Source of the DNA: Alphaproteobacteria bacterium
GTDB taxonomy: Bacteria > Pseudomonadota > Alphaproteobacteria > Micavibrionales > Micavibrionaceae
Assembly: GCA_017999645.1 (NCBI GenBank)
Contig: JAGNLJ010000007.1
Coordinates: 207 to 64,206 of the forward strand
DNA: 64,000 nucleotides
Direction: 5' to 3'
Part shown: in pieces, positions 55,922 to 64,000 of the stretch
How the letters are laid out: each line of letters begins with the position of its first letter
How positions within the stretch are numbered: the first letter of the stretch is position 1
Made by a program: the position numbers and the translations under genes
The notes under the pieces: generated by a model
Databases searched by the model: none
What the model saw: the letters and a program-made list of their open reading frames with translations, nothing else
Told to the model about the DNA's origin: nothing

Positions 55922-56473
55922 ATGTTTGAACAAACCGCTCTCGTTACCGAGATGAAAAATCTCCGGAAGTTTGCTTTCCGGCTGACCGGCAACCCCAGCG
56001 ATGCCGAAGACCTTCTGCAATCTACGGTTCTTCGCGCCCTGGAGAAAAAGCATCTGTTCCAGAAGGATACGGATCTCTTCAAATGGACATCAAAGATCAT
56101 GTTCAACTTGTTCGTGTCGGAATACCGCCGCCGGACCAAGTTTGAGACGCAATATGACCCCGAAACCTACCTGGAGCGTCAGAGCGTCGAAGGCTCGCAG
56201 GAAGTGAAACTGGAATTGTCCAAGGTTAAAGATGCCATGAAGCAGCTTTCCGCCGACCACCAGGAGATTCTTGTCCTGGTCTGCGTCAAGGGCATGCGTT
56301 ACGAGGAAGTCTCGGAAGCGCTTGAAATTCCGGTTGGAACGGTTCGCTCGCGCCTTGCTCGCGCGCGTGAAAACCTCCAGATCATTCTCGACACACCAGT
56401 CAAGAAAGATGCCGGTCGCTTTACACCCCCTTACCGACTGGGCAATGAAAAGAATATGCGCGCTGCCGCTTAA
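55922..56473 (+). CDS. ECF-type RNA polymerase sigma factor
   Basis: Region 2 reads DAEDLLQSTVLRALEKKHLFQKDTDLFKWTSKIMFNLFVSEYRRR. Region 4 reads MRYEEVSEALEIPVGTVRSRLARAR. Confidence 0.9.
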   Translation: MFEQTALVTEMKNLRKFAFRLTGNPSDAEDLLQSTVLRALEKKHLFQKDTDLFKWTSKIMFNLFVSEYRRRTKFETQYDPETYLERQSVEGSQEVKLELSKVKDAMKQLSADHQEILVLVCVKGMRYEEVSEALEIPVGTVRSRLARARENLQIILDTPVKKDAGRFTPPYRLGNEKNMRAAA

Positions 56474-56497
56474 TGAGCAGGCAACCGCATACAAAAA

Positions 56498-56525
56498 ACC
56501 CGGCTTCCCCCGCCGGGTTTTTTTA
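56498..56525. terminator. Bidirectional terminator between the sigma gene and the kinase gene
   Basis: ACCCGGC-TTCCCCC-GCCGGGT, flanked by A6 and T8. Confidence 0.8.
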
Positions 56526-56533
56526 TGGGCTGA

Positions 56534-58822
56534 TTAAGCCGCCTTACGATTACGGTCGAGATATTTCAGGATCTGGGTTTTGAGGTCGACTTCGACGATC
56601 GGCTTCGGCAGATAGGCATCCATGCCGGCTGCGATGCATTTGTCCTTATCGCCGATAAGCGCATGAGCCGTCATGCCGATAATCGGTGTGCGGGGCATGT
56701 CTTTCTCGCCTTCCATGATCCGGATCTGCGTGGTGGCAGTAAAACCGTCCATCTCCGGCATCTGGATATCCATCAGGATCAGGTCGTAATGTTTATCTTT
56801 CCAGAGATTGAGCGCCTCAAGGCCCGTGCGTGCGACGTCATAGCTGCAGCCGATCTCGTCGAGGATATAGCCGATGACGACGATATTGCCTTCGTAATCT
56901 TCGACCATCAGGATGCGGTTCTCGCCGCTGAGGGTTGTTTTGATTTTATCCGAAAGCTTCTGGCTCAGGATCTTGGCGTCACTGTCCTTGGCGCCTGCGG
57001 GCGCATTGACGTCCTGCATGGGTAGTAGAAGTGTAAAGACCGAGCCTTTGCCTTGTTCGCTGTCGAGTAGGATGCTGCCGCCCATAATCTGCGCGAGATT
57101 CCGCGAAATCGGTAGGCCAAGGCCTGTGCCGCCGTAACGGCGCGAAACGGATGAATCGGCCTGTTTGAAACGTTCGAAAATAATGCTGTGGTTTTCAGGC
57201 GCAATGCCTATACCCGTGTCCTGAACGCCGACCTCAAGGAATTTGATCCCCTCGCGTTCTTGTATATCGGCAGTAACATTAACACTGCCTTTTTCGGTGA
57301 ACTTGACTGCGTTGCCGATAAGATTAATCAGGATTTGGCGAAACCTGGTTTTATCGCCGAAGAAATTCGTGTCTTTCGTGTTGCCGTAGTCAAAGGTAAA
57401 GCCGAGACCTTTTTCCTTCGCATTGACAGACATGATGCTGATGACCTGCTGGAACACGGCATCGAGTCCAAAATTCTCTTTGGTCAGCTCGAGTTCGCCG
57501 CTCTCGATTTTCGAGAAATCCAGGATGTCGCTGACGAGATCTTTCAGTGTAGAGGTGCTGGACGACAATGTTTTCGCGAGCTGTTTTTGCTTTTCGTTAA
57601 GGCTGTCGCGGTCCTTCTGGAAGATCTCGGCAATGCCGCTGATGGCGGTCAAAGGCGTGCGGATTTCATGGCTCATATGCGCAAGGAAATCACTTTTCGC
57701 CCTGTTGGCTCGTTCAGCCATTTGCTTCTCGGATTTAAGTTTTTCCTGATATTCCTTCATGTATGTGATGTCGATATTGGCGCCCACCATGCGGATCGGC
57801 TCGCCGTCGCGGTTGAAAATCGCCTTGGCACGGGAATTGACCCATACCCAGCGGCCATTTTCATGACGCAAGCGGAAGCTGTTGGAATACTCGGACAGTT
57901 CGTGCCGCAGGTAACGCTCGATATATTGCCAGACTTTATTTAAATCTTCAGGGTGGATCAGGTTTCGGAAGTCATCAATTGTTCCTATGAAAGCTTCGCG
58001 GTCCTGTCCCAGCATGCCGAAAAACTGCCGCGAATAGAAAACCTTGCCGTTCTTTATATCCCAGTCGAAAATACCATCATTTGTGCCTTGTATGGCAAGA
58101 GCAAAGCGCTGTTCGGTATCCTTCAACGATTGCTCGGCATCATGACGTCGATTCTGCGTGTGGAACAGCATGATGTTGAAGACGATGACAGCCATGGCCG
58201 TCAGGATTCCGCCGATGCACAGCGTGTAAAAATAATCGCTCTTTTTTTCGTCAAGCAGCGCGATCTGATTATTAAGAATCTGGTGCTCCTCCTTCAAAAC
58301 AGCACTGTTGATTTTTAGCATATCATTTTTGGTGTTTGTAATGACGTCGACTTCATTGACGAAGCCTTCCGGCACGCCGACCGGTTTGTACATCTTGGCG
58401 CGTTCTTCAAGGCGTATTGTCAGGCCGCGGAACAGCTGGCGCAACTCGTCGATACGGCTGCTCTGGGAGCGGTTGTCTTTTACAAGCTCGCTAACAGTTG
58501 CGAGAAACTCCGAAATGGCCATTTTACGGTTGTTATATTCATCGAAGAATTTTTCTTGGCCGGTCATGACATAAGCGCGCTGGCTTGAAATCATGCCTTC
58601 GACATGGGCTGAAAATTCTTCCGCCTGCAGGATTGTTTTATAGGTATGGCTGATCCAGTAATCGGTCCGCTGGATCTGGCGGTCGCCTGAAACAAGGATG
58701 TAGCCGAGCCAGAGCGTGCAGGTGAAAACCAGTGCCATAATAACCAGAATCCGCCTGACGAGCTGGCGATCCTGTGTCATGGCGATGACCACGCGGCGCA
58801 TATTGGCGATTTTTGTTCTCAC
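56534..58822 (-). CDS. Hybrid sensor kinase (CHASE3-TM-PAS-HisKA-HATPase-REC)
   Basis: CHASE3-like ISHTYKTILQAEEFSAHVEGMISSQRAYVMTGQEKFFDEY. H-box FLAHMSHEIRTPL, G-box GGTGLGLPISRNLAQIMGG and REC LILMDIQMPEMDG. Confidence 0.9.
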   Translation of the reverse strand: MRTKIANMRRVVIAMTQDRQLVRRILVIMALVFTCTLWLGYILVSGDRQIQRTDYWISHTYKTILQAEEFSAHVEGMISSQRAYVMTGQEKFFDEYNNRKMAISEFLATVSELVKDNRSQSSRIDELRQLFRGLTIRLEERAKMYKPVGVPEGFVNEVDVITNTKNDMLKINSAVLKEEHQILNNQIALLDEKKSDYFYTLCIGGILTAMAVIVFNIMLFHTQNRRHDAEQSLKDTEQRFALAIQGTNDGIFDWDIKNGKVFYSRQFFGMLGQDREAFIGTIDDFRNLIHPEDLNKVWQYIERYLRHELSEYSNSFRLRHENGRWVWVNSRAKAIFNRDGEPIRMVGANIDITYMKEYQEKLKSEKQMAERANRAKSDFLAHMSHEIRTPLTAISGIAEIFQKDRDSLNEKQKQLAKTLSSSTSTLKDLVSDILDFSKIESGELELTKENFGLDAVFQQVISIMSVNAKEKGLGFTFDYGNTKDTNFFGDKTRFRQILINLIGNAVKFTEKGSVNVTADIQEREGIKFLEVGVQDTGIGIAPENHSIIFERFKQADSSVSRRYGGTGLGLPISRNLAQIMGGSILLDSEQGKGSVFTLLLPMQDVNAPAGAKDSDAKILSQKLSDKIKTTLSGENRILMVEDYEGNIVVIGYILDEIGCSYDVARTGLEALNLWKDKHYDLILMDIQMPEMDGFTATTQIRIMEGEKDMPRTPIIGMTAHALIGDKDKCIAAGMDAYLPKPIVEVDLKTQILKYLDRNRKAA

Positions 58823-58890
58823 GATTGCCTTTCTTTGAAGGATTCTTATAAAAGCCGATCAAGACCGTCGATGCAAATAAAAAACACGCA

Positions 58891-58916
58891 AAAAAGGCGC
58901 TGAAACAGCGCCTTTT
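58891..58916 (-). terminator. Terminator after the DUF1328 gene
   Basis: GGCGCTG-AAA-CAGCGCC, with T6 on the minus strand. Confidence 0.7.
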
Positions 58917-58932
58917 AAGGATATCGACCCCT

Positions 58933-59109
58933 CTAGGCCGGTGGCATTCTGCCGCGCACGACATGCGCGACCATAGCTATCAGGAAGAGGACGATGAAGA
59001 TAAAGAACAAGATTTTAGCCATCTCTACGGATACGGCGGCAACACCGCCAAATCCCAATAGGCCAGCAATCAAGGCAATAACCAGAAATGTAACAGCCCA
59101 TTGCAGCAT
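58933..59109 (-). CDS. DUF1328 (YtjA/UPF0391) small membrane protein
   Basis: [24 protein letters not shown] is the family signature. AAGGAGAA lies upstream of the ATG at 59109. Confidence 0.85.
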   Translation of the reverse strand: MLQWAVTFLVIALIAGLLGFGGVAAVSVEMAKILFFIFIVLFLIAMVAHVVRGRMPPA

Positions 59110-59143
59110 GGTGTTCTCCTTTGTTAGAACATTATGGACATCC

Positions 59144-59168
59144 AACGCGGAAAACATGAAAAAGTTCC
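59144..59168 (-). promoter_or_regulatory. ECF (EcfG-type) promoter GGAAC-N16-CGTT
   Basis: The plus strand reads AACG-cggaaaacatgaaaaa-GTTCC, 34 nt from the start at 59109. Confidence 0.65.
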
Positions 59169-59175
59169 TAAAACT

Positions 59176-59201
59176 GGAACCCCTCAGGGTGTAGAGTTGT
59201 T
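59176..59201 (+). promoter_or_regulatory. ECF-type promoter variant GGAAC-N17-TGTT
   Basis: GGAAC-ccctcagggtgtagagt-TGTT, 43 nt before the ATG at 59245. It lies back-to-back with the promoter at 59144-59168. Confidence 0.4.
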
Positions 59202-59244
59202 ATAGTTATATGGCCTTATCGTATTTATATTTCAGGGATAAATA

Positions 59245-59442
59245 ATGAAAACGACGACCCGGCAGACGATAACGGATTTCGATATCCAGGCCCTGGTGGA
59301 TAACGAACTGGGCTGGGAAGAGAGAAAATCAGTACTAGCCTTTGTTGAATCCGATTCTGACGCTCGTCGCCGTTATGAAGAGCTTGTCCGTCAAAAACGT
59401 CTGCTTCTGGAATGGTGGGCGAGCGGCGGCTTCGCGCATTGA
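59245..59442 (+). CDS. 65-aa protein resembling only the N-terminal sigma-binding helix region of an anti-sigma factor
   Basis: ITDFDIQALVDNELGWEERKSVLAFVESDSDARRRYEELVRQKRLL follows the LxAYVDGELxxxE...DPxAR..YE.L pattern. There is no TM or extracytoplasmic part. Confidence 0.5.
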   Translation: MKTTTRQTITDFDIQALVDNELGWEERKSVLAFVESDSDARRRYEELVRQKRLLLEWWASGGFAH

Positions 59443-59449
59443 ATAAATT

Positions 59450-60172
59450 TTACGCTGCCTTGTGCGGCAGGGCGTAGGTTTCGCCTTCAAGCAATATTGC
59501 AGGAATGGGTGAAGGGCTCGCGACCGCGATGATTTTATGCATCGCTGCGGGGTGATTGATCCGCGGATAGAAAATACCATTCTTGTAACAGATGACCGCG
59601 ACATGATCGAAATGTTTCCGAAGACGCTGCTCCAGTGATTTGGCCGTGTAGAATGTCACGTGCGTCGGATCGTCCAGAATACGTTTCCATTTACGATTAA
59701 CAACAACTTCAAAAAAATCATTAAAACGCTTTACCGGGTAATTCGGCGTACTAACAAAAAGAATGCCGTCGTTTTTCATGATGCGGCGCATGTCCTTGAG
59801 GTAAAAATCCGTCTTGGCCGCAGGAATATGCTCGATCACTTCCATCAGGTTGACGACGTCGAACAGGTTATCAGCGAAGGGCACATGGTTGTTCAGAGGA
59901 ACATGCACGACATTCTTCCAGCCGCTGTCATGACATCGCTGCACACGTTTGGCTGAAACCTCGTTTCCAAAAATATTGTCGCGGGGCAGTCCGTGATGCT
60001 CAAAGCGCGGCAGGTGCTTGCCGTCGCCGCACCCGTAATCGAGCGCCTTGATCTGGCCGGGTTGCTGTTGTCTGTTTTGTAGAAACCTAGTGAACACACG
60101 GTCCCAGACAGGATTGATATCACTGTTGAACTGTTTCACATCCGCGTATTTCTCAAAATCCTGCTTGTCCAT
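59450..60172 (-). CDS. Class I SAM-dependent methyltransferase
   Basis: Motif I ALDYGCGDGKH. The start was set at MDKQDF (60172); the upstream ORF extension is Arg/Leu/Asn-rich junk. Confidence 0.75.
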   Translation of the reverse strand: MDKQDFEKYADVKQFNSDINPVWDRVFTRFLQNRQQQPGQIKALDYGCGDGKHLPRFEHHGLPRDNIFGNEVSAKRVQRCHDSGWKNVVHVPLNNHVPFADNLFDVVNLMEVIEHIPAAKTDFYLKDMRRIMKNDGILFVSTPNYPVKRFNDFFEVVVNRKWKRILDDPTHVTFYTAKSLEQRLRKHFDHVAVICYKNGIFYPRINHPAAMHKIIAVASPSPIPAILLEGETYALPHKAA

Positions 60173-60332
60173 AGGCTTCCGCTCTTCATTCGGGGGTCTG
60201 CGCAGACTATACAGATTAAGATTAGGCGGATTCAACCGTAACCGCCCGGTATTAAAGGATTTGTTTTTGAGGGAACGGCGCTGTATAAAAAGCCACACGG
60301 ACTTTTTTGGACAAAATAAATCAATAAAAACA

Positions 60333-61610
60333 ATGGCTTACGATTTAAAAACATCCCATATTGGCGTCGTAGGGCTCGGCTATGTGGGCATGCCGCTGGC
60401 TTTAATGCTGGCCCGGCACATGAAGGTTACGGGCTTTGACGTATTTGAGCGCCGTGTCAAAGAACTCAAGAGCGGGCAGGATTCCAATCGCGAGATCAAA
60501 GACGCGGATCTCAAGGCGACAAGCTGCAAATTCACCAGCTATCCGGGCGACCTCGAAGCCTGCAATGTTTACATCGTTACCGTGCCGACGCCATTGGATG
60601 ATTCAAACAATCCTGATCTGAATGCTGTCGAGTCCGCTTCGCGCACGGTCGCAAGCCATCTGAAAAAAGGTGACATCGTCGTTTATGAAAGCACCGTTTA
60701 TCCCGGCGTGACAGAAGATGTATGCGGTCCCATACTGGAAGAGGGCAGCAATCTTAAGTGCGGCGTTGATTTCTTTCTTGGCTATTCGCCTGAGCGCATC
60801 AATCCAGGCGACGCAGAACACACTGTGCAGAAAATTACAAAGGTTGTCGCAGGCCAGACGCCGGAAGTTGCCGATTTTCTCGCGGATCTTTACGGCACGA
60901 TTAACAATAATAACACTTTCAAGGCGCGCGATATCCGCACAGCCGAAGCCGCCAAGGCCATTGAAAATGCGCAGCGAGATATCAATGTTGCCTTTATCAA
61001 TGAAATTACAATGGTGCTGAGCAAGCTCGGCCTTTCGACTTATGACGTGCTGCAGGCTGCAGGGACGAAGTGGAATTTTCTTCCTTTTACGCCCGGTCTT
61101 GTCGGCGGCCACTGCATCGGCGTCGATCCTTATTACCTCGCGCACTGTGCCACGAATATCGGTCATCACCCGGAAATCATTCTCGCGGGCCGCAAGATCA
61201 ATGACCGCATGGGCCTGTTTGTCGCAGACCAGATCGCGGCAAAAATAGAGGGCAAGGGTCGCGTGCTTTTGCTCGGTTTTACTTTCAAAGAGAATATCAA
61301 CGACATTAGAAATACGAAGGTCGTCGATATCATCAAGCGCCTGCAGGAATTGGGCCATAGCATTGATATTCATGACCCGCATGCGCGTCCTGAGGATGTC
61401 GAGCATGAATACGGCATGAAGCTCGTCGGCGATTTGCCTGTCAAAGGCGATTATGACGGTATTGCCCTGGCTGTTGCGCACAACGAATATAAGATTTTAA
61501 AGCCTGGGGCTTTGGAGGCTTTGTTGAAGCAGTGCGGATTTATTTATGACTTAAAAGGTGCATGGCGCGACCATAAATTTTCCGCCGGCACCGATTATCA
61601 GACTTTGTAG
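60333..61610 (+). CDS. TviB/WbpO-family UDP-N-acetylhexosamine 6-dehydrogenase
   Basis: 425 aa. IVVYESTVYPGVTED, YSPERINPGD, AEAAKAIENAQRDINVAF, WNFLPFTPGLVGGHCIGVDPYYL and LGFTFKEN closely parallel S. Typhi TviB as I recall it. Confidence 0.88.
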   Translation: MAYDLKTSHIGVVGLGYVGMPLALMLARHMKVTGFDVFERRVKELKSGQDSNREIKDADLKATSCKFTSYPGDLEACNVYIVTVPTPLDDSNNPDLNAVESASRTVASHLKKGDIVVYESTVYPGVTEDVCGPILEEGSNLKCGVDFFLGYSPERINPGDAEHTVQKITKVVAGQTPEVADFLADLYGTINNNNTFKARDIRTAEAAKAIENAQRDINVAFINEITMVLSKLGLSTYDVLQAAGTKWNFLPFTPGLVGGHCIGVDPYYLAHCATNIGHHPEIILAGRKINDRMGLFVADQIAAKIEGKGRVLLLGFTFKENINDIRNTKVVDIIKRLQELGHSIDIHDPHARPEDVEHEYGMKLVGDLPVKGDYDGIALAVAHNEYKILKPGALEALLKQCGFIYDLKGAWRDHKFSAGTDYQTL

Positions 61611-61616
61611 GGGCAC

Positions 61617-62597
61617 ATGAGCGATCCAGTTCTCGTTACAGGCGCCGCGGGATTTATCGGATTTCACACAACGCTGCGCCTTCTGCAGCGCGGCGAGAAA
61701 GTCATCGGCATCGATAACCTGAATGATTATTACGACGTCTCGTTGAAAGAGGCCCGTCTCGAACAGCTCGCGAATTTCACCGGTTTCAAATTTATCAAGC
61801 AGGACATCGCCGATAAAACCGGCATGGAAGATCTGTGGAGCAAGCACGGACCATTCAAGCGTGTTGTGCATCTGGCAGCCCAGGCGGGTGTGCGCTATTC
61901 GCTGCAAAATCCTTACGCCTATATCACCAGCAACTGCATGGGCCACCTGACGGTTCTTGAGATGTGCCGTCACACCGAAGGATTCAAGCATCTTGTTTAT
62001 GCAAGCTCTTCCTCGGTTTACGGCGGCAACACGAAGCTTCCCTTCTCGGTAAAAGACCCGGTTGATAACCCGGTTTCATTATATGCCGCAACCAAGCGCA
62101 GCGACGAGCTGATGAGCCAGGCTTATTCAAATCTGTATGGCATTCAGCAAACGGGCTTGAGATTTTTCACGGTTTACGGTCCATGGGGTCGTCCGGATAT
62201 GGCGCTTTTCATTTTCACGCGGGCCATTTCGGAAGGCAAAAAAGTTCCTGTCTTCAATAACGGCAATATGAAGCGCGATTTCACTTATGTCGATGATATC
62301 GTCGACGGCGTTCTCGCAACGCTCGATAGTCCGCCCCCCAAAGAGTCTGTGCCGCACCGTGTTCTGAATATCGGCAACACGCGCAGCGAAAATCTCATGG
62401 ATTTCATTCGCATCATCGAAAAAGAAATCGGCAAAAAAGCCGAGATGGATATGCAGGATATGCAGGCGGGCGACGTTAAGGAAACCTATGCCGACGTCTC
62501 CGAAACCACTGCCGTCAGTGGCTTCAAGCCCAGAACCCCCATCACCGAGGGCGTGCCGCGCTTCATCGCGTGGTACAAGGATTATTATAAAGTTTAA
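61617..62597 (+). CDS. NAD-dependent UDP-uronate 4-epimerase (SDR family)
   Basis: VLVTGAAGFIGFH Rossmann fold, SSSSVYG and YAATK catalytic motifs, and RFFTVYGPWGRPDMA. Confidence 0.88.
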   Translation: MSDPVLVTGAAGFIGFHTTLRLLQRGEKVIGIDNLNDYYDVSLKEARLEQLANFTGFKFIKQDIADKTGMEDLWSKHGPFKRVVHLAAQAGVRYSLQNPYAYITSNCMGHLTVLEMCRHTEGFKHLVYASSSSVYGGNTKLPFSVKDPVDNPVSLYAATKRSDELMSQAYSNLYGIQQTGLRFFTVYGPWGRPDMALFIFTRAISEGKKVPVFNNGNMKRDFTYVDDIVDGVLATLDSPPPKESVPHRVLNIGNTRSENLMDFIRIIEKEIGKKAEMDMQDMQAGDVKETYADVSETTAVSGFKPRTPITEGVPRFIAWYKDYYKV

Positions 62598-63670
62598 GCC
62601 AGAATTTCCTGCAGAAGTTTTTCGAAATTCTCTATCACCGCTTTTTTCTCATAGCGCGCCGGTAGAAGGGATTTTTTCTCCTGTGCGGGCGTGATCTTCT
62701 CCATCGCCTTCAGAAAATCCTGCATCGTATGAGCAAGCGTAACCGCATCGCCCGGCGCCTCGGCGGCAATTTCAACAATGCCGCCTGCATCCCGCATGGC
62801 AATAATTTTCGTGCCGCAGGCGAGTGATTCAAGGGCTGCGTTTGGCAATCCTTCCCAGCGTGAAGGCAACAAAAAACAATCTGCCGCAGAAAATTCCTGC
62901 CAGGGCTCGCGTCGGAAACCGGGAAGACTGACCTTGTCTTCGAATTTTAGCGCCCTGATCATATGTTCAAGCTGTTCGCGCTGCTCACCTTCGCCCAGAA
63001 TAGTCAGGTGCCATGGGGGGCCGCGATAATCCTTAAGCGCCTTGATCAGGCGGTCGAAGCCTTTTTCCGGGTGCAGGCGCCCGGCGGCAATAAAACGGAT
63101 TGCTCCATCATTCGTAGTCGGCGGTGCTGATATGGTAATCATGCTTGTATCGACAGGGTTTGGCAGAACGGCCATGGTCTTTGACGGGACTTTGAGCTGC
63201 GAATGCATTTTATCGAGAATAATCCGGGCGGGTGCGATGATTTTGTCTGCGAATCTATAAAGTACAGGATAAAGAGCGCGAATAACGGGTCCCAGCGCGC
63301 CTCGCGCCTCTAATGTGCAGTCGGGGACTGTCGACTCCCGCACGATGAATTTTGTTTTCTTGAAAAACGGGCGAAGCAACAGAACAGAGAAATTCATATG
63401 CGCCATGGTTGAAACGACGACATCCGGATTTAATTCACTTAGCTTTTTGTAAAGCTTGGGCAGTGCTGCAATAACATTGATCGCTCCAAGAGTATGAAGG
63501 GGAATGCCCGGAGCGATAAAATCTTTCAGAACACCGTCATTTCGGACTGCCATTAAAACGGGACTATATTTTTCACGCGGCAATGCATTCATCAGCCGGA
63601 TAAGCACCATCTCCGCGCCGCCGGCGGTCAGATCGGGAAGAGCAAAAACAATGACAGGTTTAGAAGTCAT
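62594..63670 (-). CDS. GT4-family glycosyltransferase
   Basis: The start is at MTSKPVIVFALPDLTAGGAE. The C-terminal EGLPNAALESLACG is the GT4 EX7E region. Confidence 0.8.
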   Translation of the reverse strand: MTSKPVIVFALPDLTAGGAEMVLIRLMNALPREKYSPVLMAVRNDGVLKDFIAPGIPLHTLGAINVIAALPKLYKKLSELNPDVVVSTMAHMNFSVLLLRPFFKKTKFIVRESTVPDCTLEARGALGPVIRALYPVLYRFADKIIAPARIILDKMHSQLKVPSKTMAVLPNPVDTSMITISAPPTTNDGAIRFIAAGRLHPEKGFDRLIKALKDYRGPPWHLTILGEGEQREQLEHMIRALKFEDKVSLPGFRREPWQEFSAADCFLLPSRWEGLPNAALESLACGTKIIAMRDAGGIVEIAAEAPGDAVTLAHTMQDFLKAMEKITPAQEKKSLLPARYEKKAVIENFEKLLQEILA

Positions 63671-63680
63671 AACGATGACT

Positions 63681-63980
63681 TTACTCTTTCCCGGAGCCGG
63701 ACTCAAACCCGTCAATATAGGCGTTTACAGACGCTGTTAGTTGGCGGATGTTCGTTTCAACGCTTGAGGCGCGCAGCCTGCCTTTACCGGCGGCCATGGA
63801 ATCGATGATTTTGTTGCTTATTTCCTGGCTGTAATGGCCATCCTGGTCTTTGTAATTATCCAGATTGGCCGTTACCGCCCAGCCATCGAAAGAGAAGAGG
63901 CGCGCATGGGGGTATTTTTCGACTTCACGCGCCAGTTTTATGCGCATGGCCATGAGCTGGCTAAATTCTTCTTGCGTCAT
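63681..63980 (-). CDS. Hypothetical protein, possibly the C-terminal part of a longer gene
   Basis: A 99-aa ORF close to the window end. DGHYSQEISNKIID weakly resembles the end of an SGNH/AlgJ-like domain. Not verified. Confidence 0.4.
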   Translation of the reverse strand: MTQEEFSQLMAMRIKLAREVEKYPHARLFSFDGWAVTANLDNYKDQDGHYSQEISNKIIDSMAAGKGRLRASSVETNIRQLTASVNAYIDGFESGSGKE

Positions 63981-64000
63981 GACGGCGTAAAAATGCCGGG

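Noticed and set aside
60048-60332. A 95-codon N-terminal extension of the TviB-like ORF, and a 42-codon extension of the methyltransferase ORF (60173-60298).
   Set aside because: Each extension overlaps the other divergent gene. The Rossmann fold begins right after MAYDL at 60333 and the methyltransferase begins at MDKQDF.
57188-61481. Antisense ORFs at 57188-57943 (opposite the CHASE3 kinase) and 60603-61481 (opposite the TviB-like gene).
   Set aside because: They are shadows of motif-supported genes.

Overview
This 64-kb chromosomal window looks alphaproteobacterial. The evidence is about 54% GC and the gene order rplO-secY-adk-rpsM-rpsK-rpoA-rplQ, with no rpsD or rpmJ. All product calls come from motif recognition in the supplied translations; no database search was run.

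Content in order:
- The end of the spc/alpha ribosomal-protein operons. The spc operon is interrupted between rplO and secY by a terminator and three secreted or lipoprotein genes.
- panCB, a DegP-type protease, and a dimeric-type glycyl-tRNA synthetase.
- Several Cys-rich secreted proteins, an acyl-CoA dehydrogenase and a SapC-like gene.
- ugd plus cysD, cysNC and cysQ (PAPS synthesis).
- A divergent CI/Cro-like repressor pair.
- A polyamine operon (ODC, deoxyhypusine-synthase-like, aguA, aguB) behind a roughly 300-nt structured leader, then pyrC.
- The most unusual locus (31.3-44.0 kb): a translationally coupled six-gene operon with a divergent TolC gene. It encodes a hyper-acidic 649-aa Asp/Gly/Ile/Leu repeat protein, two different ABC exporter subunits with complementary degenerate ATPase motifs, a HlyD adaptor, a REC-RsbW-like kinase, and a hybrid HK-REC-REC-Hpt.
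- The sulfate transporter cysPTWA, an orphan MotAB stator pair and exoD.
- A 10-kb stress islet (49.6-59.4 kb) of small proteins: Gly-zipper lipoprotein, CsbD, PRC-barrel, EF-hand, DUF883, DUF1328 and tiny membrane peptides. At least nine GGAAC-N16/17-(C/T)GTT ECF/EcfG-type promoters sit at a uniform distance from start codons. They surround an ECF sigma gene flanked by an OmpR-type regulator and a CHASE3 hybrid kinase.
- The start of a TviB-type glycan locus.

I saw no rRNA, tRNA, CRISPR array, transposase or integrase.
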